From: Cyanobacteria bacterium P01_A01_bin.123
Lineage (GTDB): Bacteria; Cyanobacteriota; Cyanobacteriia; Phormidesmidales; Phormidesmidaceae
DNA length: 64,000 bases
Reading direction: 5' to 3'
Assembly (NCBI GenBank): GCA_039815185.1
Contig: JBCBZT010000043.1
Location: 1-64,000 of the forward strand
The position numbers were made by a program, and so were the translations under genes. The notes under the pieces were generated by a model. It saw nothing but the letters and a program-made list of their open reading frames with translations, was not told the DNA's origin and ran no database searches. Below are positions 52,185 to 61,495 of this stretch, one piece after another. Within the stretch, counting starts at the first letter, position 1, and each line of letters starts with the position of its first letter.

Positions 52185-54947
52185 TCATTTTGAACGCCGA
52201 AAGAACTTTTGCCAACTATCTTCTAGCAGACTATACAGCACCGGCACCACCACCAGACTCAAGAGCGTTGAGGTCAGCAAGCCCCCAATGATCGTCACGG
52301 CCATCGGCTGGCGCAGTTCAGCTCCGGCCCCCAACCCCAGGGCAATCGGCACCATCCCCAGCACCGTCGAAGCCGTGGTCATCAAAATGGGCCGTAACCG
52401 CACGAGTCCGGTTTTGAGAATCGCGTCGGTGCGCTGCATGCCTGCTCGCCGGAGTTGGTTGGCATAGTCCATTAGCAGCAGTGCATTTTTATCCAGCAGC
52501 CCCAACAAAAACAGCAGACCGAGTAAAGAGACGATGCCAAAGTCACTCTGGGTGAACAGTAGCGCCAGCATTGCCCCGACCACCGACAGCGGCAAAGACA
52601 GCCCCACCACAGCTGGCTCCAACAACCGTCCAAAGGGAATCATCAACACAGTCAACATGCAGATGATGGCCAACCCCAGCGTTCTACCAAAACTCCCCAA
52701 TACCTCACCGATGCGAGCGGAATCACCGCCCAGGTCTATGCGGATCTCAGGCGGAATCACCGACTCAGCAATTTCCACCACTTGTTGAGTGGCATCCCCC
52801 AAAACTTTGCCCTGGCTCAAATTAGCACTAACGTAGGCCACCCGCTGACCGTTTTGATGGTTGATTTCGACAATCTCATCGAACGTGTTCGCTTCCCCAG
52901 AAATACGGACATCGGCAAAACCCGACAGCCCCTCGACTTCATCCTTAACTTCCGTAACTGCCCGCTGGAGTGCTGCCAAATCTTCCCCCAGCAGCGCCAC
53001 CTGTAACGGTCTTTCACCACCCGTATCCACGAATTGAACATCTTCAACACTGGTAACGACGCCCTCTAAATCGGGCAAATCCTGCCGCAGTTGAGTTTGG
53101 ACTGCTGCCGTATCGCGACCGCGATCGTCGCTTAGCTTAATGTAAAGGCTGCCCTGATTGGGTTGCCCCCGCCCGCCCACCGTCGTCAAAACGGAAGCCA
53201 TCTCTGGGAGCTGAACGACAGTCTCTTCCAAAGACTCAGCTTCGGCCAAAGTTTGCTGTAAGATTTGCTCTCTCGGATCAACCGATAATGCTGGCGCAGT
53301 GCCAGAACCAGGCGTCTGCGTGGGATCAATTGGGAATTCCGCCGCAACGCTGGGATCTAGGGTTGGAACCTGTTCTGGCATCTGGGGCAGTGCCACCGTG
53401 TAGTTGAGATAAAACTCGCCCCGATCGAGCTGGGGAATGAAGCCTTGGGGAATTAGGGGAATGATTGTGATGCCAGCGGCAAAACTCGCGATCGCCAATC
53501 CCACAACTATCCAACGATGGTGCAGTGCCCAAAATAGCAATTGACTATAGCCCCGCTCTAATCCCGAAGCAGGGACAGTGTTTTGGGCTGAGGCCAATAG
53601 ATCCGGCACAGCATAAGTTGCAGATTCAGGGTCAGCCTGGGCCTGCCGTTTGGGCTGCAGCCAATAGGCCGCTAGCACTGGCGAGAGCGTCCGAGCCACC
53701 AGTAGCGAAGTCAGCACTGCTGCCGACACCGTCAATCCAAAAGGTTGGAAAAACTGCCCAATAGTCCCCCCCATAAACGCCACCGGCAGAAACACGGCCA
53801 CAATCGTCAGCGTTGATGCCGACACCGTCAACCCAATCTCCTGCGTAGCCTTCAATGCAGCCTGGCGCGGGCTAGCCCCCAACTCAATGTGACGCGTGAT
53901 ATTCTCAATTTCAACAATGGCATCGTCAACGATAATGCCAATCACAATGGCTAAAGCCAGCAGCGTAATGGTCTCCAGATTGAAGCCATAGATTGCCATG
54001 ACGATGCAGGTGCCCAGCAGGGACAGCGGAATGGCCAGCGCGGTAATCAACGTGGCTCGCCAACTCCGCAGAAAGCCAAAAATCACCAGCACCGCAATTA
54101 AGATTGCCCCCATCAGCGAATCAATCGTGGCCCGAGTTGCCGCTCGAATATAGTCGGCTTGAGTAACCGCCTGAATCAGTTGCACTTCTGGTAAGTCTGC
54201 TTGCAGTCGTTGAATGGCGTCCGCTACGCGATCGACCACTTCTAACGTATTGGCATTGCCCTGCTTCACCACTTGCAGCGCCAAAGATTCCTCACCGTTG
54301 AAGCGAATCAACGTGGGTGGATTTTGCAGATCAGCCCAAAAAGAATCCTCAGAGTCGGCTGAGACGGTATCGGCTTGAGTGCCTACGCCTAGCAAATCAA
54401 CCCTTAATACCCCAGAAATTTCCTGCAGCGGTGGCAAAATCTCGGTCTCAGCCAAATCCGCCAGGTTTTCGAGCGTTAACGCTTCACTAACCAGGGCATA
54501 GCTCACCGCCGCTGCTTCGTTCAAATTCAGCGGAATCACCTCAGAAGCTGCTGCTGGCGGTAATTCAACCCCAGCAATGGCCTGCTCCACTGCCGCTGTA
54601 GAGTCTGCCAGCACCGTACCCACCTTGAATCGGAGGGTGATGACGGTACGACCGGCAGTGGTGGTAGACGTGATCTTGTTGAGCCCGTCTAGCGGTTGGA
54701 GCTGCTGCTCTAACGGCATCGTCAGTTGCGATTCACTGTCTAGGGCAGTTGTAATATCTGCGGTTGCATTGACCACCACCACCGGAAACGTGATATCTGG
54801 GAAAAGTGCATACTTTAAGGTGCTAAAGGCAAACAATCCGGCGATCGCAATGGCAAGCCAGCAGCAGACAGTCAGCCAGGAATGCTGGATCGCTAACCGA
54901 GAGAGATTGAGGCGTTCCCGAATTGAATCAAGGGTAAAGCGGGCCAT
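52185..54947 (-). CDS. RND permease (AcrB-like, shortened periplasmic loops)
   Basis: FPDITFP, GIIVDDAIVEIENI, RLRPILMT, PMAVTIIGGL; ~920 aa. Confidence 0.88.
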   Translation of the reverse strand: MARFTLDSIRERLNLSRLAIQHSWLTVCCWLAIAIAGLFAFSTLKYALFPDITFPVVVVNATADITTALDSESQLTMPLEQQLQPLDGLNKITSTTTAGRTVITLRFKVGTVLADSTAAVEQAIAGVELPPAAASEVIPLNLNEAAAVSYALVSEALTLENLADLAETEILPPLQEISGVLRVDLLGVGTQADTVSADSEDSFWADLQNPPTLIRFNGEESLALQVVKQGNANTLEVVDRVADAIQRLQADLPEVQLIQAVTQADYIRAATRATIDSLMGAILIAVLVIFGFLRSWRATLITALAIPLSLLGTCIVMAIYGFNLETITLLALAIVIGIIVDDAIVEIENITRHIELGASPRQAALKATQEIGLTVSASTLTIVAVFLPVAFMGGTIGQFFQPFGLTVSAAVLTSLLVARTLSPVLAAYWLQPKRQAQADPESATYAVPDLLASAQNTVPASGLERGYSQLLFWALHHRWIVVGLAIASFAAGITIIPLIPQGFIPQLDRGEFYLNYTVALPQMPEQVPTLDPSVAAEFPIDPTQTPGSGTAPALSVDPREQILQQTLAEAESLEETVVQLPEMASVLTTVGGRGQPNQGSLYIKLSDDRGRDTAAVQTQLRQDLPDLEGVVTSVEDVQFVDTGGERPLQVALLGEDLAALQRAVTEVKDEVEGLSGFADVRISGEANTFDEIVEINHQNGQRVAYVSANLSQGKVLGDATQQVVEIAESVIPPEIRIDLGGDSARIGEVLGSFGRTLGLAIICMLTVLMIPFGRLLEPAVVGLSLPLSVVGAMLALLFTQSDFGIVSLLGLLFLLGLLDKNALLLMDYANQLRRAGMQRTDAILKTGLVRLRPILMTTASTVLGMVPIALGLGAGAELRQPMAVTIIGGLLTSTLLSLVVVPVLYSLLEDSWQKFFRRSK

Positions 54948-55059
54948 CTGAGGAGGTGAACATATCAAGTGCTGCTATCCTAGCGTGGGCTACCGATTAT
55001 GCTTGCCTAGCCAGCCTTATTTGGCTTAAGTTGATACCCGGGGAAAACAGAGCGGGCTG

Positions 55060-56043
55060 ATGCGAATCTTTGTGACCGGCGGCACCGGATTTATCGGGGC
55101 GAATGTCATTCGTCGACTGCTCCAGGAAGGCTATGCAGTCCGCGCTTTAGTGCGTCCCACCAGCCCCATGGACAACCTACAAGGCTTAGACATTGAACGA
55201 GTCAACGGGGATTTAAACGCTCCTGACCTTTGGCGGCACATGCAAGACTGCCAAGCGCTGTTTCACATTGCAGCCCACTATTCTCTTTGGCAAGCCGACC
55301 GAGACCCGCTGTATCGTCATAATGTTTTAGGCACTCGCAACTGTTTGGCAGCTGCAAAGCGCGCCGGGATTGAGCGTACCGTTTATACCAGTTCAGTTGC
55401 AGCCATCGGGACTGGCGTAGCCGGAGCATCTGTCAATGAAACCCACCAATCTCCAGTTGAAAAGCTCATTGGCCACTACAAAAAATCAAAATTCTGGGCC
55501 GAGCAAGAAGCCATAAAAGCAGCTCAATCCGGGCAGGATGTGGTGATCGTGAATCCCACCAGCCCCATTGGAGCCTGGGATATTAAGCCAACACCCACTG
55601 GGGACATCATCTTACGCTTTTTACGGCGGCAAATGCCGTTTTACATGGACACCGGACTTAATTTTGTCGATGTGCAAGATGTGGCCCAGGGGCATCTGTT
55701 GGCATTGCAGCGGGGGCAGTCGGGTGAGCGATATATCTTAGGCAATCAAAATATGACGCTTAAAGCCGTGCTCGATCTGCTGGCTCAACTCACTGGATTG
55801 ACCGCACCCCAGCGATCGATCCCGGCATGGATACCGTTAGCTGCTGCTTGGACAGATGAAACCCTCTTAGCTCCCCTTGGCAAAACCCCGTCAGTTCCGC
55901 TGGATGGGGTCCGGATGGCAACGCAAAAGATGTACTTTGATGCCTCCAAGGCGGTGCAAGAGTTAGGACTGCCGCAAACGCCGATATCAGCGGCTTTACA
56001 ACACGCGATCGCCTGGTTTGAATCCCACGGATACCTCACTTAA
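55060..56043 (+). CDS. hpnA: Hopanoid-associated NAD-dependent epimerase/dehydratase
   Basis: TGGTGFIG, HYKKSK, DIKPTPTG; cluster context. Confidence 0.9.
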   Translation: MRIFVTGGTGFIGANVIRRLLQEGYAVRALVRPTSPMDNLQGLDIERVNGDLNAPDLWRHMQDCQALFHIAAHYSLWQADRDPLYRHNVLGTRNCLAAAKRAGIERTVYTSSVAAIGTGVAGASVNETHQSPVEKLIGHYKKSKFWAEQEAIKAAQSGQDVVIVNPTSPIGAWDIKPTPTGDIILRFLRRQMPFYMDTGLNFVDVQDVAQGHLLALQRGQSGERYILGNQNMTLKAVLDLLAQLTGLTAPQRSIPAWIPLAAAWTDETLLAPLGKTPSVPLDGVRMATQKMYFDASKAVQELGLPQTPISAALQHAIAWFESHGYLT

Positions 56044-57655
56044 GCCGTTCATCCGACTCAATCTGGCCGTAATTAAGCTTGATCACTCGGTCAGCGACCT
56101 GGAAGTAGTGGTCATCGTGGCTGATCACAATCACCGCTTTTCCCTGGGCCTTTAATTCGGGCAAATACTGGTGATAAAAAATCTGCTTAAAGCTGGGATC
56201 CTGGTCTGCCGCCCATTCATCAAACAGATAAATGGGGCGGTCTTCTAAATAGGCCGTCAGCAGCGCCAACCGTTTCCGCTGACCCTGAGAAAGCTCGGTG
56301 GTGGAGAAACGGCCTTCACGAATGCTGACCTTGTGGTCGAGGTGTAGCTTTTCTAAATACTCTTTAGCCCGTGCATCTTGCGCTGTCGATGCCAATCCCA
56401 ACAGGCGATCAAACAAAAAGAAATCGTCAAACACAGTGGCAAAGTACTGACGATACTGCTGTCGATTGTCGTCGCTGATGGACTGATTATCGAGCCAGAT
56501 TTCCCCGGATTCGGGGATATAGAGCCCAGTGATCAGCTTAGCCAGGGTCGATTTGCCGCTACCATTACCGCCGATGATAAACACAATTTCCCCGGGGTAA
56601 ATCGCTAGATCGATAGGCCCTAGGGTAAAGTCACTGTCGTCTTGTTCGTGACGATAGGTGTGGGTAGTAGCTTTGAGGTGAATCTGCTGCCAAGGAGATT
56701 TGACGACCGGGGGTAAAGTCGGTTTCTCAGGATTAATCTGGGAGAGGCCCAGCGTTTCGATGCGGTGCAGGGCAATATTGGCCTTACCCAGAAACGGTAG
56801 CTTGTTGACAACGCTTTCCATCGGCCCCAGCAAATACGTAAACGTGAGCACATAGCCAAAGCGGGTTTCTGCGGTCAAATTCATCCAGGTCGGCAATAGA
56901 AACAGCACGACCCCCACGGCGAAAAAATAAATGCACTTGCCCCAACTGTCGAGTACGGCAAAATAGCTGAGCCCCTTGTTATTAGCCCGACGCAGTTGTT
57001 CGGCAGTCACCTGCAAATCCTGATGAATAAAGTCCTGCTGTCTTTGGGCATGAAGTTTTAGCGCTTTAATGCCAGCTACCAGGGCGCGAAAGTGGCTGAA
57101 TAGGCGATCTTGTTGGTCACGGGCTAGGGCGAGTACCGTTCGCCCCTTCACCAAAAACCAGCGGCAGCTCACCGAAGCGACTCCCGTCAGCAGCAGCACC
57201 AGTGCCAACACCTGCCACGACAGCCAGGAAATATAAATCATGCAGCCCAGCAAAATAGCCAAGTTAACCACCAGTATTGGCACCACCGAAACCGCCGTAG
57301 AAATGGCCTGGATATCTTCCGTCAACAAGGCCAAGAGTCTAGGAAATCCGATGCTTTCGAGTTGACGCAAATCGGTGGCCAAAATTTGACGGCTAAGACG
57401 CAATTGCAGCGTAAACACAGCCGTTTGGGAAAAACGCACCAGCACAATCCTCGAGATTAAGCTAGTCACCAGGGCCAGCAACCCTAGCCCCACAAATGCC
57501 CCTGCGATCAAAGGCGTCACGAAGGTCGAATTCGCCGCTGTGCGAGTGATAATCACCAGCAATCCAGCGCTGAAGCCGCCGCTCAGGAAGCCGGTGATCA
57601 GCGCGATCGCGATCGCTCGCCAAGACGATCGCAGAATAAAGGTAATCAGCGTCAT
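56036..57655 (-). CDS. Cyclic-peptide-type ABC exporter (SyrD/PvdE/YojI family)
   Basis: TM domain plus GGNGSGKST, LSQGQRKRL, DEWAADQDP, SHDDHY. Confidence 0.92.
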   Translation of the reverse strand: MTLITFILRSSWRAIAIALITGFLSGGFSAGLLVIITRTAANSTFVTPLIAGAFVGLGLLALVTSLISRIVLVRFSQTAVFTLQLRLSRQILATDLRQLESIGFPRLLALLTEDIQAISTAVSVVPILVVNLAILLGCMIYISWLSWQVLALVLLLTGVASVSCRWFLVKGRTVLALARDQQDRLFSHFRALVAGIKALKLHAQRQQDFIHQDLQVTAEQLRRANNKGLSYFAVLDSWGKCIYFFAVGVVLFLLPTWMNLTAETRFGYVLTFTYLLGPMESVVNKLPFLGKANIALHRIETLGLSQINPEKPTLPPVVKSPWQQIHLKATTHTYRHEQDDSDFTLGPIDLAIYPGEIVFIIGGNGSGKSTLAKLITGLYIPESGEIWLDNQSISDDNRQQYRQYFATVFDDFFLFDRLLGLASTAQDARAKEYLEKLHLDHKVSIREGRFSTTELSQGQRKRLALLTAYLEDRPIYLFDEWAADQDPSFKQIFYHQYLPELKAQGKAVIVISHDDHYFQVADRVIKLNYGQIESDERLK

Positions 57656-57673
57656 AATTGAGTCGGCTTTTAT

Positions 57674-58801
57674 CTAGGGCGAAAACCCGCAGGCTTCAAA
57701 CATATCAGACAGTTCTGCATAGATATCTTGTTTCGACAAGCCAAATTCCTCTAGGGAGTAGCGATGAGCACTTTGGTATTGTTTTGTCTGCACGACGGTT
57801 TTTGCCAAAGTCTGGGCATAGGTTTCAGTCATCGTCAGGCCAAGGGTTGCATAAATCCGCTCAATCGTACCCTTGGGATCATCAATTAAATCTTCGTATC
57901 GGACTTCTATGGCTTGGTTGGCGGGTAGATTTTCTCTAAATTCCCAATAGCGACGGAAATAATTGCAATAGACTCGGGCCACTGCACGGCTGGAGTCATG
58001 ATTTCGCTTGGTTTGGGGCACGAAATGATGCCAGGCAGCCCGGTTCATACTCAAAAAAGAGGGAATGGCATCGTAGGTATGCCGCACCAGGTGAATGACA
58101 CGCAGGTCTGGCAACAGCTCCCGAGTCGCTTGCAAACGGCCAGCCATCGTGGTGTTTTTGGTTAGCAAAGTTTTGTCAATGCCCTCAGCGTAGAGATGGC
58201 GTTGCAAACAATCTTGGTAGTAGGCCATTAACCGCTGCCGCACTTTGCGCGGCAGGCGATCCACAAAGCTAGCTGACTCCAGCGCCTCTGGAAACGGAAA
58301 TAGCAAAAACATAACTGGGCTCAGGGCCGCGTAGACAAACAGCTGTTCATCTTCTTCAGCCTGCCCTAACTGGGTATTATGGATGCCCTGCCAACCCCTA
58401 AAGCCCGTGCGATCCAGCCAACTGACTAACCGACCGAGCGGGTAGCCCAGATACCTATCTAATCGCTGTAACCCAACAATCATTTTGTAAAAGACAACAG
58501 CTGGGAAAATGGTTTGATAGAGCTTCGTGGATGTGAACTGCTGATCTAGCGCCATTAAGCGGTGGAGGTAGGTCGTGCCACTACGTGGATTCCCGAGGAT
58601 ATAAATCGGGGCTTTGATGCGAACCTGCCGGAACCGCGGGTATATCAGCCAGTCGCACCAGCGCATCACCTGAACAACGGTGCGCAGCACAAAAAACAAG
58701 GTCAGCAAAACAACGACAAACCCAGCATGTACCGGGTGAAAGTGCCGCCAACTGAACGTTGCCTTAACTGCACTGCATAAAGAGCGGACATTAAAGTACA
58801 T
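57674..58801 (-). CDS. PAPS-dependent sulfotransferase family protein with N-terminal TM
   Basis: 5'-PSB loop GNPRSGTTYL, 3'-PB LVRH..DAIPS, VRYEDLIDDP, H.YSLEEFGL. Confidence 0.85.
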   Translation of the reverse strand: MYFNVRSLCSAVKATFSWRHFHPVHAGFVVVLLTLFFVLRTVVQVMRWCDWLIYPRFRQVRIKAPIYILGNPRSGTTYLHRLMALDQQFTSTKLYQTIFPAVVFYKMIVGLQRLDRYLGYPLGRLVSWLDRTGFRGWQGIHNTQLGQAEEDEQLFVYAALSPVMFLLFPFPEALESASFVDRLPRKVRQRLMAYYQDCLQRHLYAEGIDKTLLTKNTTMAGRLQATRELLPDLRVIHLVRHTYDAIPSFLSMNRAAWHHFVPQTKRNHDSSRAVARVYCNYFRRYWEFRENLPANQAIEVRYEDLIDDPKGTIERIYATLGLTMTETYAQTLAKTVVQTKQYQSAHRYSLEEFGLSKQDIYAELSDMFEACGFSP

Positions 58802-58873
58802 GGCGATCTGATCGCTTCCCCCGATTTGCTTGCCCTGATTTTGACTGGGGTGGGCATGACAGTTGCCATGCCC

Positions 58874-59003
58874 TAGGGCGTGGCATCAATATAAACGTGA
58901 AAAGCTTTACGGCTGAGCCTTGCCACGCCCGACCAACTAAACGAGCTAGGGCTGTAACCGTTGTCCTAAGAGCAATAGACAATCTAATTGATGACAGCCC
59001 CTA
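58874..59003. mobile_element. MITE family A, copy 2
   Basis: TA-GGGCGTGGCATCAAT...ATTGATGACAGCCCC-TA with CTAG at both ends; interior matches 7901-8030. Confidence 0.8.
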
Positions 59004-59017
59004 GAGCTTTGAGGATC

Positions 59018-59839
59018 CTAGCTAGCAATTTTGCTCAGTTGACCCACAATCGCCAGCACATCGCTGCGGCTAAGCTTCTCTCTCCCCTGAGCTAACGCAT
59101 CAAGGGTCCCGTGGGCTAACGCCAGTGGAATTCTACAAAACGTTAGCGCTGGCCCTTTAGGCAAAGCAGCAGTGTAGGCATCGGCAAGGGACAAATTGCG
59201 CCGGGCGTAGCGCTGCATATCCTTAGCCGTCCAGCCATCGGGGAAAAAGTCGACCCCCCGCGTTAAGTCTTCGGCATGGTTACGCAGGATATTAACCGAT
59301 TGCAGACCTCGACCAAACCCAATCGCTTCCATGCGGCTAGTCTGGATACCGTCATACCAGGCCCAAAGGTCAGACAGCATCAAACCCACAGCTCCGGCAA
59401 CGCTAAACGTGTAGCGATTGAGGTCGGCTTCGGTTTGAATCAGCCAATTGCACTCAGCCCAATACGCCATCCGGTCTGCCATCGCGGCTGTGGCATCCCA
59501 GACGCGGGGTGCAATGCTATCTGGGGCGAGCAGTGCCCATTCTCCGATCCGCAGGGTTACTTCTTCCAGCTGATCTTCAAAGCCACTCAACCCTTCGACA
59601 AAGTCCTTTACTTTAGAAGATTCGGTTCCTGCCTGCAGATTTAGGCTAATCTGCCTCAGCAGCTTTGCTTTCACAGCAGGCTCCAGGGTGGAGTGATCCT
59701 CAATTTGATCGATAGCTCGCATACACAGGTAGGCGGATGCGACAGCCTCCTGCAGCTTTGGGGGTAATAGGCTGATCGGAATGTAAAAAGTGCGACTGGT
59801 TGCTTTTAGCAGATCTAACGCCGGACTGACAGAAAGCAT
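59018..59839 (-). CDS. sqs: Squalene synthase (phytoene/squalene synthase family)
   Basis: TSRTF, AYLCMRAIDQIED, VAGAVG, GLQSVNILR; hopanoid context. Confidence 0.82.
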   Translation of the reverse strand: MLSVSPALDLLKATSRTFYIPISLLPPKLQEAVASAYLCMRAIDQIEDHSTLEPAVKAKLLRQISLNLQAGTESSKVKDFVEGLSGFEDQLEEVTLRIGEWALLAPDSIAPRVWDATAAMADRMAYWAECNWLIQTEADLNRYTFSVAGAVGLMLSDLWAWYDGIQTSRMEAIGFGRGLQSVNILRNHAEDLTRGVDFFPDGWTAKDMQRYARRNLSLADAYTAALPKGPALTFCRIPLALAHGTLDALAQGREKLSRSDVLAIVGQLSKIAS

Positions 59840-60013
59840 TCGTTCATCTCCTCAAATAGACAGGGCTGCAGACTATTCTGCTAGGCTTTTATCCGTTCAA
59901 AATTAGCATTGGGTTAATTAATGCTGGGTGGATTTACCCAGCCTCATCAAAGGTCACTTGAGCTGGCAAGAATGTATCGGATTTACTTGTTTTTTTGTAT
60001 CCTCTACTGAGAT

Positions 60014-60052
60014 TTGATCCAACTCAAATGATTTAATCTTGATCCAAATCAA
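60014..60052. promoter_or_regulatory. Tandem FNR-type boxes in the sqs/hpnH divergent region
   Basis: TTGAT-CCAA-CTCAA (60014-27) and TTGAT-CCAA-ATCAA (60039-52). Confidence 0.45.
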
Positions 60053-60460
60053 GCTGCAAAATGGCTGACACCAGTATGACAACCGTACAACGCATTGTGC
60101 GGTTGCGAGCCGCACTGCTTGTCCAGCAAAGCGATTTAGAGATCTTAAGTATGTAAGCAATGTGGCCAAAGCCATAACTGCCAAGACAGCTATATCATGA
60201 TATTCGGGTTGTAACTGTGATGTTCTTGAGAATGCATTAGGCTGGTTTAGTACTGGTTGGATTAAACCTTAGCTACATCCGCATCCATCGTTTTTCCTCA
60301 GGCTAAAATTTCTTCTTTGGAGACGCTGCGCGAACAAGTTTTCAAATCGGATGTGGTTTAATTACCTGAATCATCGGGCTTAGATCAGCACACACTAAGA
60401 TGAAGCAGGGCAAGTATTCTGTAGACCCGTAGGAGCCAGCCAAAAAGGAGTTAAAAACGA

Positions 60461-61483
60461 ATGGGAATTCATCTACAGCAGGCACTTTCAGTAGGACAGT
60501 ACCTCGTCACCCAGCGGCTCAAAGGTCGCAAGCGGTATCCCCTGGTACTGATGCTGGAGCCTCTGTTTCGTTGCAACCTGGCTTGTCCGGGCTGTGGCAA
60601 GATTCAACATCCTAAAGAAATTCTAAAACAGCACCTCTCTCCTGAAGCGTGCTTTGCCGCCGTTGAAGAGTGCGGTGCTCCGGTCGTCTCCATCCCAGGG
60701 GGAGAACCGCTGATGCACCCCCAAATCGACGAGATTGTGCAGGGCTTAGTCGATCGCAAAAAGTTTGTTTATCTCTGCACCAACGGGTTACTGCTGGAGA
60801 AAAGTCTGGATAAGTTCACGCCCTCTCCCTATCTCAGTTTCAGCGTGCACTTGGATGGCATGCAGGCGTTGCACGACGAGTGCGTCGATCGTAAGGGCGT
60901 GTTTGATATTGCCATCAGTGCAATGCGCGCTGCTAAAGCCAGGGGATTCCGCGTAACCACTAACACAACGGTCTTTGAAGGCACCGACCCCAAGGAAATT
61001 CAAAACCTATTCGACTATCTGACGACCCTGGGCGTAGATGGCATGATGGTGTCTCCGGGCTATAGCTATGAATGGGCTCCCGATCAAGATCACTTTCTGC
61101 AACGGGAGCAGACCAAGGCTCTATTTCGCGAAATCTTAGCGCCGTTTCAGGCAGGACAGAAGGCTTGGTCGTTTAATCACAATCCACTCTTCCTGGACTT
61201 TCTCACTGGCCAAAAAGACTATGACTGCACGCCCTGGGGTAGCCCTAGCTACAGCGTTCTGGGCTGGCAGAAACCTTGCTATTTGTTGAATGAGGGGCAT
61301 TACAACACCTTCCAGGAACTGCTCGACAATACCGACTGGGATCAGTACGGCACGAAAAGCGGCAATCCTAAATGTGCGGACTGCATGGTTCACTGCGGTT
61401 ATGAGCCAACAGCAGCAGTGGATGCGATGCAGCCTCAAAATATGATGCGATCGCTCAGCGGTGTCTTTGGCGGGGCTCGGTAG
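60461..61483 (+). CDS. hpnH: Adenosylhopane-forming radical SAM enzyme
   Basis: [45 protein letters not shown]. Confidence 0.95.
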   Translation: MGIHLQQALSVGQYLVTQRLKGRKRYPLVLMLEPLFRCNLACPGCGKIQHPKEILKQHLSPEACFAAVEECGAPVVSIPGGEPLMHPQIDEIVQGLVDRKKFVYLCTNGLLLEKSLDKFTPSPYLSFSVHLDGMQALHDECVDRKGVFDIAISAMRAAKARGFRVTTNTTVFEGTDPKEIQNLFDYLTTLGVDGMMVSPGYSYEWAPDQDHFLQREQTKALFREILAPFQAGQKAWSFNHNPLFLDFLTGQKDYDCTPWGSPSYSVLGWQKPCYLLNEGHYNTFQELLDNTDWDQYGTKSGNPKCADCMVHCGYEPTAAVDAMQPQNMMRSLSGVFGGAR

Positions 61484-61495
61484 TCGTCGGCCAGT

